Source of the DNA: Mytilus edulis
Lineage: Eukaryota
NCBI RefSeq assembly: GCF_963676685.1
Contig: NC_092348.1
Span: 59,148,001 to 59,212,000 of the forward strand
DNA length: 64,000 bases
Direction of reading: 5' to 3'
How positions within the stretch are numbered: position 1 is the stretch's first letter; every line of letters begins with the position of its first letter. A program made the position numbers and the translations under genes. This document shows positions 54,538 through 64,000 of the stretch, one piece after another. The notes under the pieces were generated by a model, which was given only the letters and a program-made list of their open reading frames with translations, did not search any database and had not been told where the DNA came from.

Positions 54538-54689
54538 GTGATTATAAAGATGCAGCTGTTACCAAAGCATACGAGTCTCTGTTGCTGCTTACACCCTTAC
54601 AACCAGACAACATTGAACATAAAATATTCTCTGATGAGGTCAAACTGAGAGCACAGAGAGATTACGGATACACGTTTGGAGTAGACGAG
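54538..54689 (+). CDS. Receptor guanylate cyclase, exon 4
   Basis: ctctttaag|; GDYKDAAVTKAYESLLLLT...RAQRDYGYTFGVDE; donor GAG|GTATGG; phase 1-0. Confidence 0.9.
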
Positions 54690-54719
54690 GTATGGTATAT
54701 GTCCTTGTATTTTATTGGT

Positions 54720-55120
54720 GTCTGGCGTATAAATTATAATTCTGGTACCTTTGCTAACTTTTTTACACCACTGGGTTGATGCCACTGCTGTTGGACGTTT
54801 CGTCCCCGAGGGTATCACCAACCCAGTAGTCAGCACTTCGGTGTTGACATCAAATATCAATTATATGGTCGTTTTTATAATTTCCTGTTTACAAATGTAC
54901 CAAACTTTGAATGTTTGGAAAAACTAAGGATTTCTTATCACAGGTGTATATTACCTTAGCGTATTGGGGACAACCTTTCGAAATTTTGGGTCCTCAATGC
55001 TCTTCAACTTTGTACTTGTTTGACTTTCAACTGTTTTGCTATGAGCGTCACTGATAAGTCTTATGTAGACGAATCGCGCGTCTGGCGTATTATATTATAA
55101 TCCTGGTACCTTTGACAACT
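54720..55120 (+). mobile_element. Retrozyme-like repeat, one full ~360-nt monomer; its hammerhead core (55046-55087) is mutated
   Basis: GTCTGGCGTAT...TATAAT(T/C)CTGGTACCTTTG occurs at 54720 and 55080, a 360-nt period from cleavage site to cleavage site. The core reads CUGAUAA...GAAU. Confidence 0.8.
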
Positions 55121-56631
55121 TTTCTTTTGTACTTATATTCACAGATTATTTTTTAAAAGATTATAAATTCGATGCATCACCATCATTGTAATATAAAGAT
55201 GGTCCGTCTTTTCAGTCGAAATTGTTTTTGAATTTTTTTTGGCTGTAAATATGTTTCTGGATTTTTTTGGGGGTATAAAATAGATAAACAAATATTGATT
55301 GAATAGAATAGAATAGAATAGAGAACGAAAAAGAGAGAGTGTCAAAGATACAAAAACCCGAACAAACAGCAGAAACAGGCCACGGCCACCAAAAGGTCTT
55401 TAACATAACGAGAAAATCTCATGCTTGAGCTTACTCTTAAACAATAATGAATTGAATGACTATTGAACTCTTTGCAAACATATTATAAGTTTATCAAGAA
55501 GTTCAAAGCATATTATTAATAAAATATTATGGTTAGAAAGTGAACGTTGAACAGTTGACCTTTGTTCGCCTTTAATAAAAGATAACTGATGAAAGAACAG
55601 AATGGGAACCAGACCTTCGTATGATCATGTTTAAAATATATTGAGGGATTACATTTCATAAAAGGGTTTGAAAGACCTTTTGCGGGCGTCAGGACTTGGC
55701 CTTTATTTCGCGAATATCGGGATATTCTCTTATCGGGATTCGGCAATTGATAATTAATATTTTGCGACCCAGAATAGAATGTTTTATTTTTTTCTCTGAA
55801 AAATTAGGATAAACCCTCTGTTTATGTCACTTTTATTAAGAAACTAGATATTACAAGCCATATTCAATTAACAAGTTATTACAACTACTGTAGATCACTA
55901 TTAGATAGGCGTTCCGAAAAGAACCCAAGGACAAATGTGGTGAGGATCGAATGATATCAATCAGTTTGCCTATCGTAAAGTTTATTGATACACTCGTTGA
56001 TTCAATTCCGTTTATGTAGATCCGATAGAGATTATAAATTATACAAATATTATATGATATCGAGTACTTAGTTCATTAGTTTTATTTATTATGATCAGTT
56101 TTCTTCTGTCATAAAAACTAATGGCAGCAACATGTTATGCATTAATCAACTTTATATGTTAATACAACTAGAAAAAGAACAGATATTGAGTGAAAACAAC
56201 ATGAAAAGCCTTTACTCGAAGACGTGATCGGATGCAAATCGTATGAAGAGGATGTAATAGGATACCATATTTATTTTTTTAACTTTTAGTTGTAAAGATC
56301 ATCTTATAATCAAAATAAATTTTGTTGGAGACAACAACGCACAGATACAATATATCTTAAATATCTATATGATTTATTTTAGAGTTAAATTTCAATGGAT
56401 ACTTTTTGAATTTACTTGAATACAAAAATTGAGTGGTTTAATTGAAAATGTCCTAATTCTTTTTACAAGTACATTTGGAATAAAGTTTATAACGTTTTAA
56501 ATAACAGTTTTTATGAGCTCCCCCTTTTTGGAATTGTCTTGGAGTTCTGTATTATTTTTCGTAAAGTGAATCTTTTAAACAAAGAAAGCCTAATCATAGC
56601 AGACAATGTCGCCAAATGACAAATATATTTT

Positions 56632-57131
56632 CAATATTAGGTCAATGTCAAGAAAATATAAACTTTCTTGTATGAGGATGAGAAACTGGGGAAAGGCGAG
56701 GTTCTACCGAGCCCTTACTTAGGTTTGCCCCGAGTACTACAAAAAGTATATTTTTATGACATTGACGTAATATTGTTTTTATACTACACCTAAAATTAAT
56801 ACACTGATAGCTTTTAAAACAAGTTTATACCGAAACTAGTTGTGTTTATTTCCTAAATATAGTAACATAGCTTTATTTTGTATAATGTCAATTTCATCAT
56901 GAAGCACATTCTCCACAATCAGGGGTCCATTAAGGCATGAAAATAAATTAGAAATTTGTGTTACGATTTGAAAAGCTATCAATGTATTAATTAAAGTTGC
57001 AGTATAAAAACATTATTAGGTCAATGTCATAAAAATATAAACTTTTGAGTATTAGGTAAAACCTCGCCCTTTCCCAGTTTCCGAGCCTCATTAAAAAAAG
57101 TAGATAATTTTCTGACATTTACCTAATATTG
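56632..57131. mobile_element. Element with ~130-150-bp inverted arms, each arm itself a hairpin
   Basis: 56632-56785 is the reverse complement of 57001-57131 apart from a central indel; each arm folds on itself (caatattaggtcaatgtca...tgacattgacgtaatattg). Confidence 0.75.
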
Positions 57132-57214
57132 TATATTAATTGTTGACCTCATTGTTCTATTAGGTTAGGTTGGGTTGCTGTATCACTGATAGAGTTCTGG
57201 TAATCTATTTTTAG

Positions 57215-57353
57215 GTCGTCAACTACTTCATTACCGCATTTTACGATGGTGCCATTTACCTAACCGAAGCTATCAACCGAACTGTTGAAGAAGGTGGTGA
57301 CCTAAATGATGGACTGGCTTTGTCACAGAAACTCTGGAATGATACATATATGG
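57215..57353 (+). CDS. Receptor guanylate cyclase, exon 5
   Basis: tttttag|; VVNYFITAFYDGAIYLTEAINRTVEEGG...QKLWNDTYM; donor G|GTATGT; phase 0-1. Absent from the ORF track. Confidence 0.9.
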
Positions 57354-58480
57354 GTATGTTTTATCAATTAACTATGGAGGCGGGCTTTTCTAAATCTATT
57401 AAAAGCTTTTGAGTTAAATTGAGGACGTTTTGTTTTCTTAATACGAAGACAACAGGCAGAGTTTAATTGGGACGAACTTTTCAAAGACACATATAAAACA
57501 TGTTGAGTTAAATTGGGGACGGACTTCTCAAAGTCTATAGACATGTTCAGTTAACTCAGTCAGTGCTAACAATTGGTATATCAGGAATGACATCTTACCA
57601 TTTGTTATAGGACCATTCGATATGTCTAAAATACTAGAACGAATTTGATTCAGGTAAATCTTATTCGTTTCCTTAATGAACATGTTGTTTTTATTTGACA
57701 TTTTAGCTATTGCGTTACATTAATATGTAGTTTAGAAATGTTGCATCTAACAGCAAACATGTAAAAGTAGTTAAAATGTAACGTTATCCTCTCGATGTTC
57801 ATACTTATGTAGTTTTCTTTAGCATTTGTTTATGTTTTTTAGTTCTGCTGATTTTCTTATATTGTACATCAAATCAATATCGATATCACAGTCATATATA
57901 TTGTAGATTTAATATAATTCACTGGTAATTACATGTAACTGATACAGGGTATACGTAGTTAAGGTTCACATACCAATACACTGTCTGTTTATATTAAGTT
58001 GAACCAATAGATTTTGATAATGGTGTATAGAGCCATGAAACAATAAAGTAATTGAACTTCATCATGATGAATAATTAGACATTTTTTTTCTTTTGAATTG
58101 TTTAACATAGTCATTACGGTTTTTTTTATAGCTTGCTTACGGCATTTTGGTCACTAGTGGAGAATAAACGTTGTCTGATGGGCAATAAGGTCATATCTTC
58201 CTATTTCTATAATGTTCACCCATGAGTTCTTAAAGTATATTTTTAATGTGGAGAACATGAGAGCGCGTTCGCTTCAATTATCCGAGTTCAAATGAAGTTC
58301 AAGTAAACATTATTGTTTGTTTCTTGAAAGAACCGAGATTATAAAGCATTTAATATTTACCCTTTTGAAAAAAAAACCATATTATATCATATTTTTTTCC
58401 ACGATTTATATATTAATCAGTTTTTGATTGTTCAATTTGTATCGACCGAAAGTGTCTAGTTTAAGTCAAAGATACCTGTA

Positions 58481-58600
58481 TTCAACTTTGTACTTGTTTG
58501 GCTTTATAAATATTTTGATATGGGCGTCACTGATGAGTCTTATGTAGCCGAAACGCGCGTCTGGCGCATTAAATTGTAATCCTGGTACATTTGATAACTA
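58481..58600 (+). mobile_element. Partial retrozyme-like repeat copy
   Basis: ttcaactttgtacttgtttg...hammerhead...aatcctggtacatttgataact matches 55002-55120. Confidence 0.8.
58524..58567 (+). ncRNA. Minimal type I hammerhead ribozyme, intact core, one stem II mismatch
   Basis: GCGUCA-CUGAUGA-GUCU(uaugu)AGCC-GAAA-CGCGCG-UC^UGGCGC; predicted cleavage after 58561. Confidence 0.85.
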
Positions 58601-59114
58601 TATAACTATAATAGGTATGGTCTTCACTAAAAGAAGAAAATTATGCACCAGTCGCCAAGGAAGTAAAGTTTCCATAACATAACATTTTATAAATATAATA
58701 ACTTGACAAATAATCCAAACGCCTAATTACTACTTTTCTTATAACTGCCTTTTCAAGTTAGATCATAATCACATCTATGAAATATATGTTTAGCTTACAT
58801 GTCTATATGTATTATAGAATTTAGATCAACTATACGAGGTTTCTAGTCATACCCTAATTATGATGACTTACATGGCTTTTTTATACAGGCCGTCCTTCTA
58901 CGACACAAACAGGAAGGCAATCAAGCAAAAACCAAAAGAAGCCTTCCATAAAGTAATCTTTATTCGAACTACTAGATTTTCATCTAGACACATTTGACTG
59001 CTAGACCGTGTGACATTTATAACATTATATGAATTTAAAAATTCAAAATGTAGCTACTAGCAAAATATAAGCTTATTCATGACCTGTCTATGTTTTACCT
59101 TTTCTTATCTATAG

Positions 59115-59209
59115 GCATAACCGGATTGGTAGCCATTGATCACCAAGGAGACAGATTAACTGACTTTGATATCTACCACATGACAGACTCAGCAACAAAA
59201 GCATTCAAG
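59115..59209 (+). CDS. Receptor guanylate cyclase, exon 6
   Basis: ctatag|; GITGLVAIDHQGDRLTDFDIYHM, matching the conserved GxTGxVxID..GDR motif; donor AAG|GTACAT; phase 1-0. Confidence 0.92.
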
Positions 59210-60169
59210 GTACATTTATGCAACATAAGAAATATAAAATATTTCAAATCAGCAATCTATCATATATTTCTAGTTTGTAGTGGTTTACCGTAATGTTACT
59301 TTGTATCTTGTGATTATTCATTAATTAAATGAGAAAATAATAATTAAAAAAGTTTTAGTTCCTTGACCTCTGGGAACATTAATAATTTAGATTTATTAGC
59401 TTTATGATATCACGAAACAAAAAGTCAGCCGGTTTTTCATCCTTGAGAAACATGTTCCATTGCTGTCTATTTGAATTCTCTTTATCGTTAGAGTCAGACT
59501 TTAGAATAACGCTTATTCTGCCATTCATGTTTGTAAATATATTACATGAGCTCTGACAAGTAATTTCTGATTTTTATTGCTAAAGTAAATGGTTTTTCCA
59601 TAAAATGTAGCGCTTAATATGTATTAACAATGTAAATAACCGGTAATGGATGGAATGAAATGACCGTGACAACACCTGGCCAGGTCTAGAACTGCACATG
59701 TCTATAGATTATAATTTATATAGCAGTATAGGTCACCCGGCTCAAGTGAAGAACAACAAAGAAGTCGATAACATATTTTCATATATTTCCAAATGTAGAG
59801 TCTATTTGTTCGTATGACAATGAAAAATCGTCAGACATACCTCAATAAAACTGAAATATTTCAATCAAATTATGATTAGACTTCGAGTTTTGGAGAAGAA
59901 AAAAACTTAAGATTGTCAAATAACAGTAAGATATTGGTGTTTGAAAATATTAATGTTTCAATATCATTATTTCATATGAATAATTTAAAAGCCAATCAAT
60001 TTAAATATACTAACTTAATGATAATTACATTCTTAGCTACGCGACAGTGGAAACTGAAAAAAGCATGGATTTCCGATAAATCAATTAACTTTAAAAACTT
60101 ATAGCAACAAAATATTAATTTGACTGAATAATAAAAAAATAAACTTATCGAAATGATTTTTCTTGATAG

Positions 60170-60296
60170 TTAGTTGGAAGATTTCGAGGAGCTACGTCAA
60201 ATTATGAACCAATCCCTGGTGTGTCAATACAATGGCGAAATGGTCTACCTCTTGATACCCCTGTGTGTGGGTTCAGAGGAGAATGGTGTGTGGTCG
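60170..60296 (+). CDS. Receptor guanylate cyclase, exon 7
   Basis: ttgatag|; LVGRFRG...IQWRNGLPLDTPVCGFRGEWC, with the juxtamembrane PxDxPxCGF..C motif; donor G|GTACGA; phase 0-1. Confidence 0.9.
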
Positions 60297-61058
60297 GTAC
60301 GACTGGTGTTGTTTTTCTTGTTGTGTAACCTAATTGCCCGTGTTGTTTTTTTAAAATTAGTGTTTTCAATAATCCCTTATCCCTTAATTCCCTTGCTTAT
60401 ACAACCGACACATACCACTTTCATATTATTTTGTTTGCAACGGGCCGTTTTTACTGGCCAGATCAATGAGAATATTATCTACAACCATTTACATAATTTA
60501 TACGTTTCTAATTCATAGTGCTTATCTTATAAATTATACTAACCAGTATTCAACCTGACCCATTGGAATGAAAATGAACCACTTTAAAGAAAATGTGTTA
60601 TAACATGAGTGGTTTTTGAAAGACGTTGCAATTATGACGAAATATTTCGCCGTATTGGGATATTGTATTGAATTATATTAATAGCTGATTTAACTTAGAA
60701 CAGTAAAGAAAGGAGAAAAAACGGAAATCTTAATATGCAGTTCCGTATAAGATGGGTAAAACTGAAACATTTCATGGAAAAGTAGCTCGCCATAGTGTTT
60801 GTTCGGTATAATATGCTGTCATTTCATAAATAAAATATTGCAAATGAAAAAAATCAATATCATCAGCTATATATATTTGTAACTTTGGCTCAATGTAATG
60901 TAAATTCTGCGGAAACACTTTTTCATTACTCTAACTGCTGTTGTCAGAGCTTTTGTATTTAGTAGAGGGAAAATACGATGTAACAATATGAATTAATTAG
61001 TTACTTTTTAAAATATCAAATTATACCATGAATGTTCTTTTTATGAATTTTTTGAGAT

Positions 61059-61271
61059 AATAAGGCTTTTCTACCTCAGGCATAGATTACCTTAGCTGTA
61101 TTTGGCAACACTTTTAGGAATTTTGGATCTCAATGCTCTTCAACTTTGTACTTTATTTGGCTTTTTTCATTTTTTTAGGATTCGAGCGTCACTGATGAGT
61201 CTTTTGTAGACGAAACGCGCGTCTGGCGTATATTCAAAATGAAGTCCTGGTATATATGATGAGTTTATTTA
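61059..61271 (+). mobile_element. Partial retrozyme-like repeat copy
   Basis: Colinear with 54925-55120 (ttaccttagc...caatgctcttcaactttgtactt...hammerhead). Confidence 0.8.
61187..61228 (+). ncRNA. Minimal type I hammerhead ribozyme, intact core
   Basis: CGUCA-CUGAUGA-GUCU(uuugu)AGAC-GAAA-CGCGCG-UC^UGGCG. Stem I CGUCA/UGGCG, 4-bp stem II, palindromic stem III, predicted GUC cleavage after 61223. Confidence 0.9.
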
Positions 61272-61404
61272 TAAAAAGACTATCTTGCATTTTCACTTAT
61301 ATTTTTTCTTCCTTATATCCTCATTATGCCTTTGTGACTTAACTGATATTACTATTTTAACTGCAATGTTTGTCTCTCTGAGGTTCAATTGATTTACATT
61401 TCAG

Positions 61405-61492
61405 ATTCTAATAGCAGTTTGACTTTTACAGTTGTATGTGTATTGATTGTTTTACTAGTTATTGGATCTGTGGCCTTTTTCTTTATATACAG
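61405..61492 (+). CDS. Receptor guanylate cyclase, exon 8 (transmembrane helix)
   Basis: tttcag|; DSNSSLTFTVVCVLIVLLVIGSVAFFFIYR; donor AG|GTATGG; phase 1-2. Confidence 0.9.
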
Positions 61493-61899
61493 GTATGGTA
61501 TAAGGAAATATTCCCCATTTCAATTCTTAATTTTATAATATCAGTTTGAAACATTGTTCTCATTTAATAGAAATGTTTGTCATCAAGTTTGATCTGATAA
61601 CAATCGGTTGTTGACATCTGATCACATATAATTAAAACCTGTAAAAACGTTTAAAAAATCTACAATACAAGATGTATGTCTTGAATATAACAACGTTAAT
61701 AATGTCCTGTGTTTAAAAATGTAATATCAGAGTTATTTTTTCATAAGATATATAAATATGTTTTTATTCACTGTACATGTATAACCATCAATGCATTCTA
61801 TATGCAGGACAAAAATCTTATTACTGCATGTTTTATTAATAATTAATATGCATGACTTCAATTCAAATTTGATGTTATGAAATTTCTTTTTTGATCCAG

Positions 61900-62050
61900 A
61901 AAAATTAAATTGGACAATGAACTCGGTCAGAAGACATGGTTAGTACCTTGGTCTGAGGTTAGAATTTCCAAACACAACAAACAGCAGGGTTCACTGATTT
62001 CTATGTCCCGGATGTCATTAGCAATAGTAGGAGGTGATGATTCTAGTCAG
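61900..62050 (+). CDS. Receptor guanylate cyclase, exon 9 (juxtamembrane, start of the kinase-homology region); gene continues past the window
   Basis: gatccag|; KIKLDNELGQKTWLVPWSEV...GSLISMS resembles the NPR pattern K.KLE.EL....W.V.WE; donor CAG|GTAAAC; phase 2-0. Confidence 0.88.
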
Positions 62051-62335
62051 GTAAACATTATGGTTGTGATTACCAAATACACGTATTATAGTTTTAAGTT
62101 TATTTAGATAAGAAGTGCCAATGAAACAACCCTCTGTTCAAGTCCAAAAGTATAAAAAGTTTACAATTATGGGTCTATGTAATAGTAGGAGTTGATGAGT
62201 CTAGCTATGTAAACATTATATTGTGACTACTATACTAAATACACGAGTAAGATATTTGAGTTAATTTAGATAAGTGCCAATGAGACAATCCTCGATTAAA
62301 TTTACAATGTGTAAAGAGGCTTTAATTATAGGTTA
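62023..62335 (+). repeat. Diverged ~158-bp tandem duplication spanning the exon 9 donor
   Basis: aatagtaggaggtgatgattctagtcag-gtaaacatta (62023) vs aatagtaggagttgatgagtctagctat-gtaaacatta (62181). Confidence 0.8.
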
Positions 62336-62425
62336 GAGTGCACAAAGCAATGGCTCACACCGAAGAGCAAGCTATAAAGGTCCCAAAATTACTAGTGTAA
62401 AACATTTTAAACAAGGAAACAAACT

Positions 62426-62876
62426 GGTCCGAGTACACAGTTATCGTCCTTTGATTTTCGTTGTCCAGGAATATAGTCCTTAGTGTGGACAGTGTGTTAC
62501 TTGCCAATTTTTGTTATACCCCTTCCAAATTTATTTCTCCATGTTTTATGCCTCATATATCAAGTTGGGGGGTGAAATGACACTGTAAAAAAATTTGGGT
62601 CATAAATATTAATGTAAAGTAGTGATAAGGTCCTGCTGAAAAAGGTCAAAAATTAGCACTTCGGAAACTGTCAAAAGATTTCAAGACCCCCTTAACATAA
62701 AATTGTCCATATTTTGAGTTAGAGCTGATGAAGTTTTCTATAACTTTGATATAATTTGTCCAAAAAGTAGTACAACACACTGTAAAAACATTATTGAGAA
62801 AGCGCAGGTGGGATTTTTTTAATTTTCATTTATTGTATAAAAGAAATGCACTACGAAATAACTGTGTACTCGGATC
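62426..62876. mobile_element. MITE with 17-bp perfect TIR core and 4-bp TSD (AACT), inserted in a dispersed repeat
   Basis: AACT|ggTCCGAGTACACAGTTAT...ATAACTGTGTACTCGGAtc|AACT; the host repeat resumes as gtctaatcta. Confidence 0.85.
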
Positions 62877-63813
62877 AACTGTCTAATCTACATTAAAAAA
62901 AACGACAAACGACAAACGTATGAACCACACTAACAAAAGGTAACCACTGAACAATAGACTACCGATTTAGGGTAGTTGCATACAAAACAGCGGGTTTAAA
63001 TGTTTAAACAGGCACACTGACATGGGACAGTCGTGTTCTATTTCAGCGTAAAACTATTAAAGATTGGTTCTATCAGATACGTTAAAAAGTCTTAATGTAA
63101 TAGGCAAAAAGGAATGTTATATATTATAAAAAAAAATCAAAAAGGTTCACAAACAACCTTTTTTCGTTCATTTTTTTTTTCATAAATAAGGCCGTTAGTT
63201 TTCTCGTTTGAACTGTTTTACATTGTCTAATCGGGGCCTATTATAGCTGACTATGCGGTATGGGCTTTGCTTATTGTTGAAGGCCGTACGGTGACCTATA
63301 GTTGTTACTATCTGTGTCTTTTTGGTCTTTTGTGGATAGTTGTCTCATTGGCAATCATACCTCATCTTCTTTTTTATATTTATGGAAACACTTAGAAAAG
63401 TTAGGAAACCGGTATGATAACACATTAAGACATTAAAAGGAAATATAAACCATATTGTATTATGCGACAGAATACACTTACTACAAAAAAACTGTTTATA
63501 TAGTAAAAGAGGTAAACAGCAATGGTAAACTATCCTTACTACGTTCAGTTGCTTGATAAAAAAATGAAAAAGGCAGTAGTTTTTGTTATTTTTATCGATC
63601 TACACAATTTAAACTTCAGTTTAATAATGTCGCTTTATTAAACAAACAACTGCATTCATGAAAAAAAAATGACACAAAATGATTGAACAACTATATAAAT
63701 ATAAAGATATTCACACATTTGATAATATATTTTGATTGTATTCTGTAATATCATGTTTGGATTCATAGCTCTTTATATTAAATGTTTCGGTACTTTTGCG
63801 TGAATTCTTTGAA

Positions 63814-63853
63814 CGTTTCTGATGAAGGATAATCTAGAAAAGCGCTTCAGACG
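63814..63853 (+). ncRNA. Minimal hammerhead ribozyme of a second family (Penelope-type)
   Basis: CGUUU-CUGAUGA-aGGA(uaa)UCUa-GAAA-AGCGCU-UC^AGACG. Stem I CGUUU/AGACG, palindrome AAGCGCUU, UUC triplet, weak stem II. Confidence 0.72.
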
Positions 63854-64000
63854 CATGCGATTTTGAAAGCGTTGTTTCCATTTCGTCTTGAACTCGCCTC
63901 TTTTAAACTGCGTTTGCCAGCTGTGTAATACATTAAGTTAGTTAATTAGCTAAATGTGATGATAATTGTCTTTTTTACTATAATTTGGAGTACGGTGTTA

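Noticed and set aside
54631-54650. CTGATGA as a possible hammerhead core
   Set aside because: It lies in coding exon 4 (SDEVK) with no properly spaced stem II + GAAA.
60174-60518. 114-aa ORF in the track
   Set aside because: It is a different frame overlapping true exon 7, which is read from 60170 as LVGRF...PVCGF.
62725-62745. CTGATGA inside the MITE (also 55586)
   Set aside because: No stem II, GAAA or stem I can be formed.

Overview
This is AT-rich, intron-containing animal DNA. The repeat content and gene types suggest a bivalve mollusc such as Mytilus (inference only). It holds two host genes on the + strand. One is an intact single-exon Toll-like receptor (6595-9147). The other is the 5' part of a natriuretic-peptide-receptor-like membrane guanylate cyclase: 9 exons at 27480-62050 splice with GT-AG sites and consistent phases into 522 codons (signal peptide, ligand-binding ectodomain, TM helix, juxtamembrane region), and the gene runs off the window. 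The rest is mostly mobile DNA: a decayed two-ORF LINE, a decayed Penelope-like element, an Academ-like transposase relic, MITEs, long-hairpin non-autonomous elements and tandem duplications. The most notable signal is invisible to the ORF track: minimal type I hammerhead ribozyme motifs (CUGAUGA...GAAA plus a palindromic stem III). They belong mostly to a ~360-nt retrozyme-like repeat. The copies with intact cores (58524, 61187, 63814) all lie sense in introns of the guanylate cyclase gene, while decayed copies ride inside a different composite transposon.
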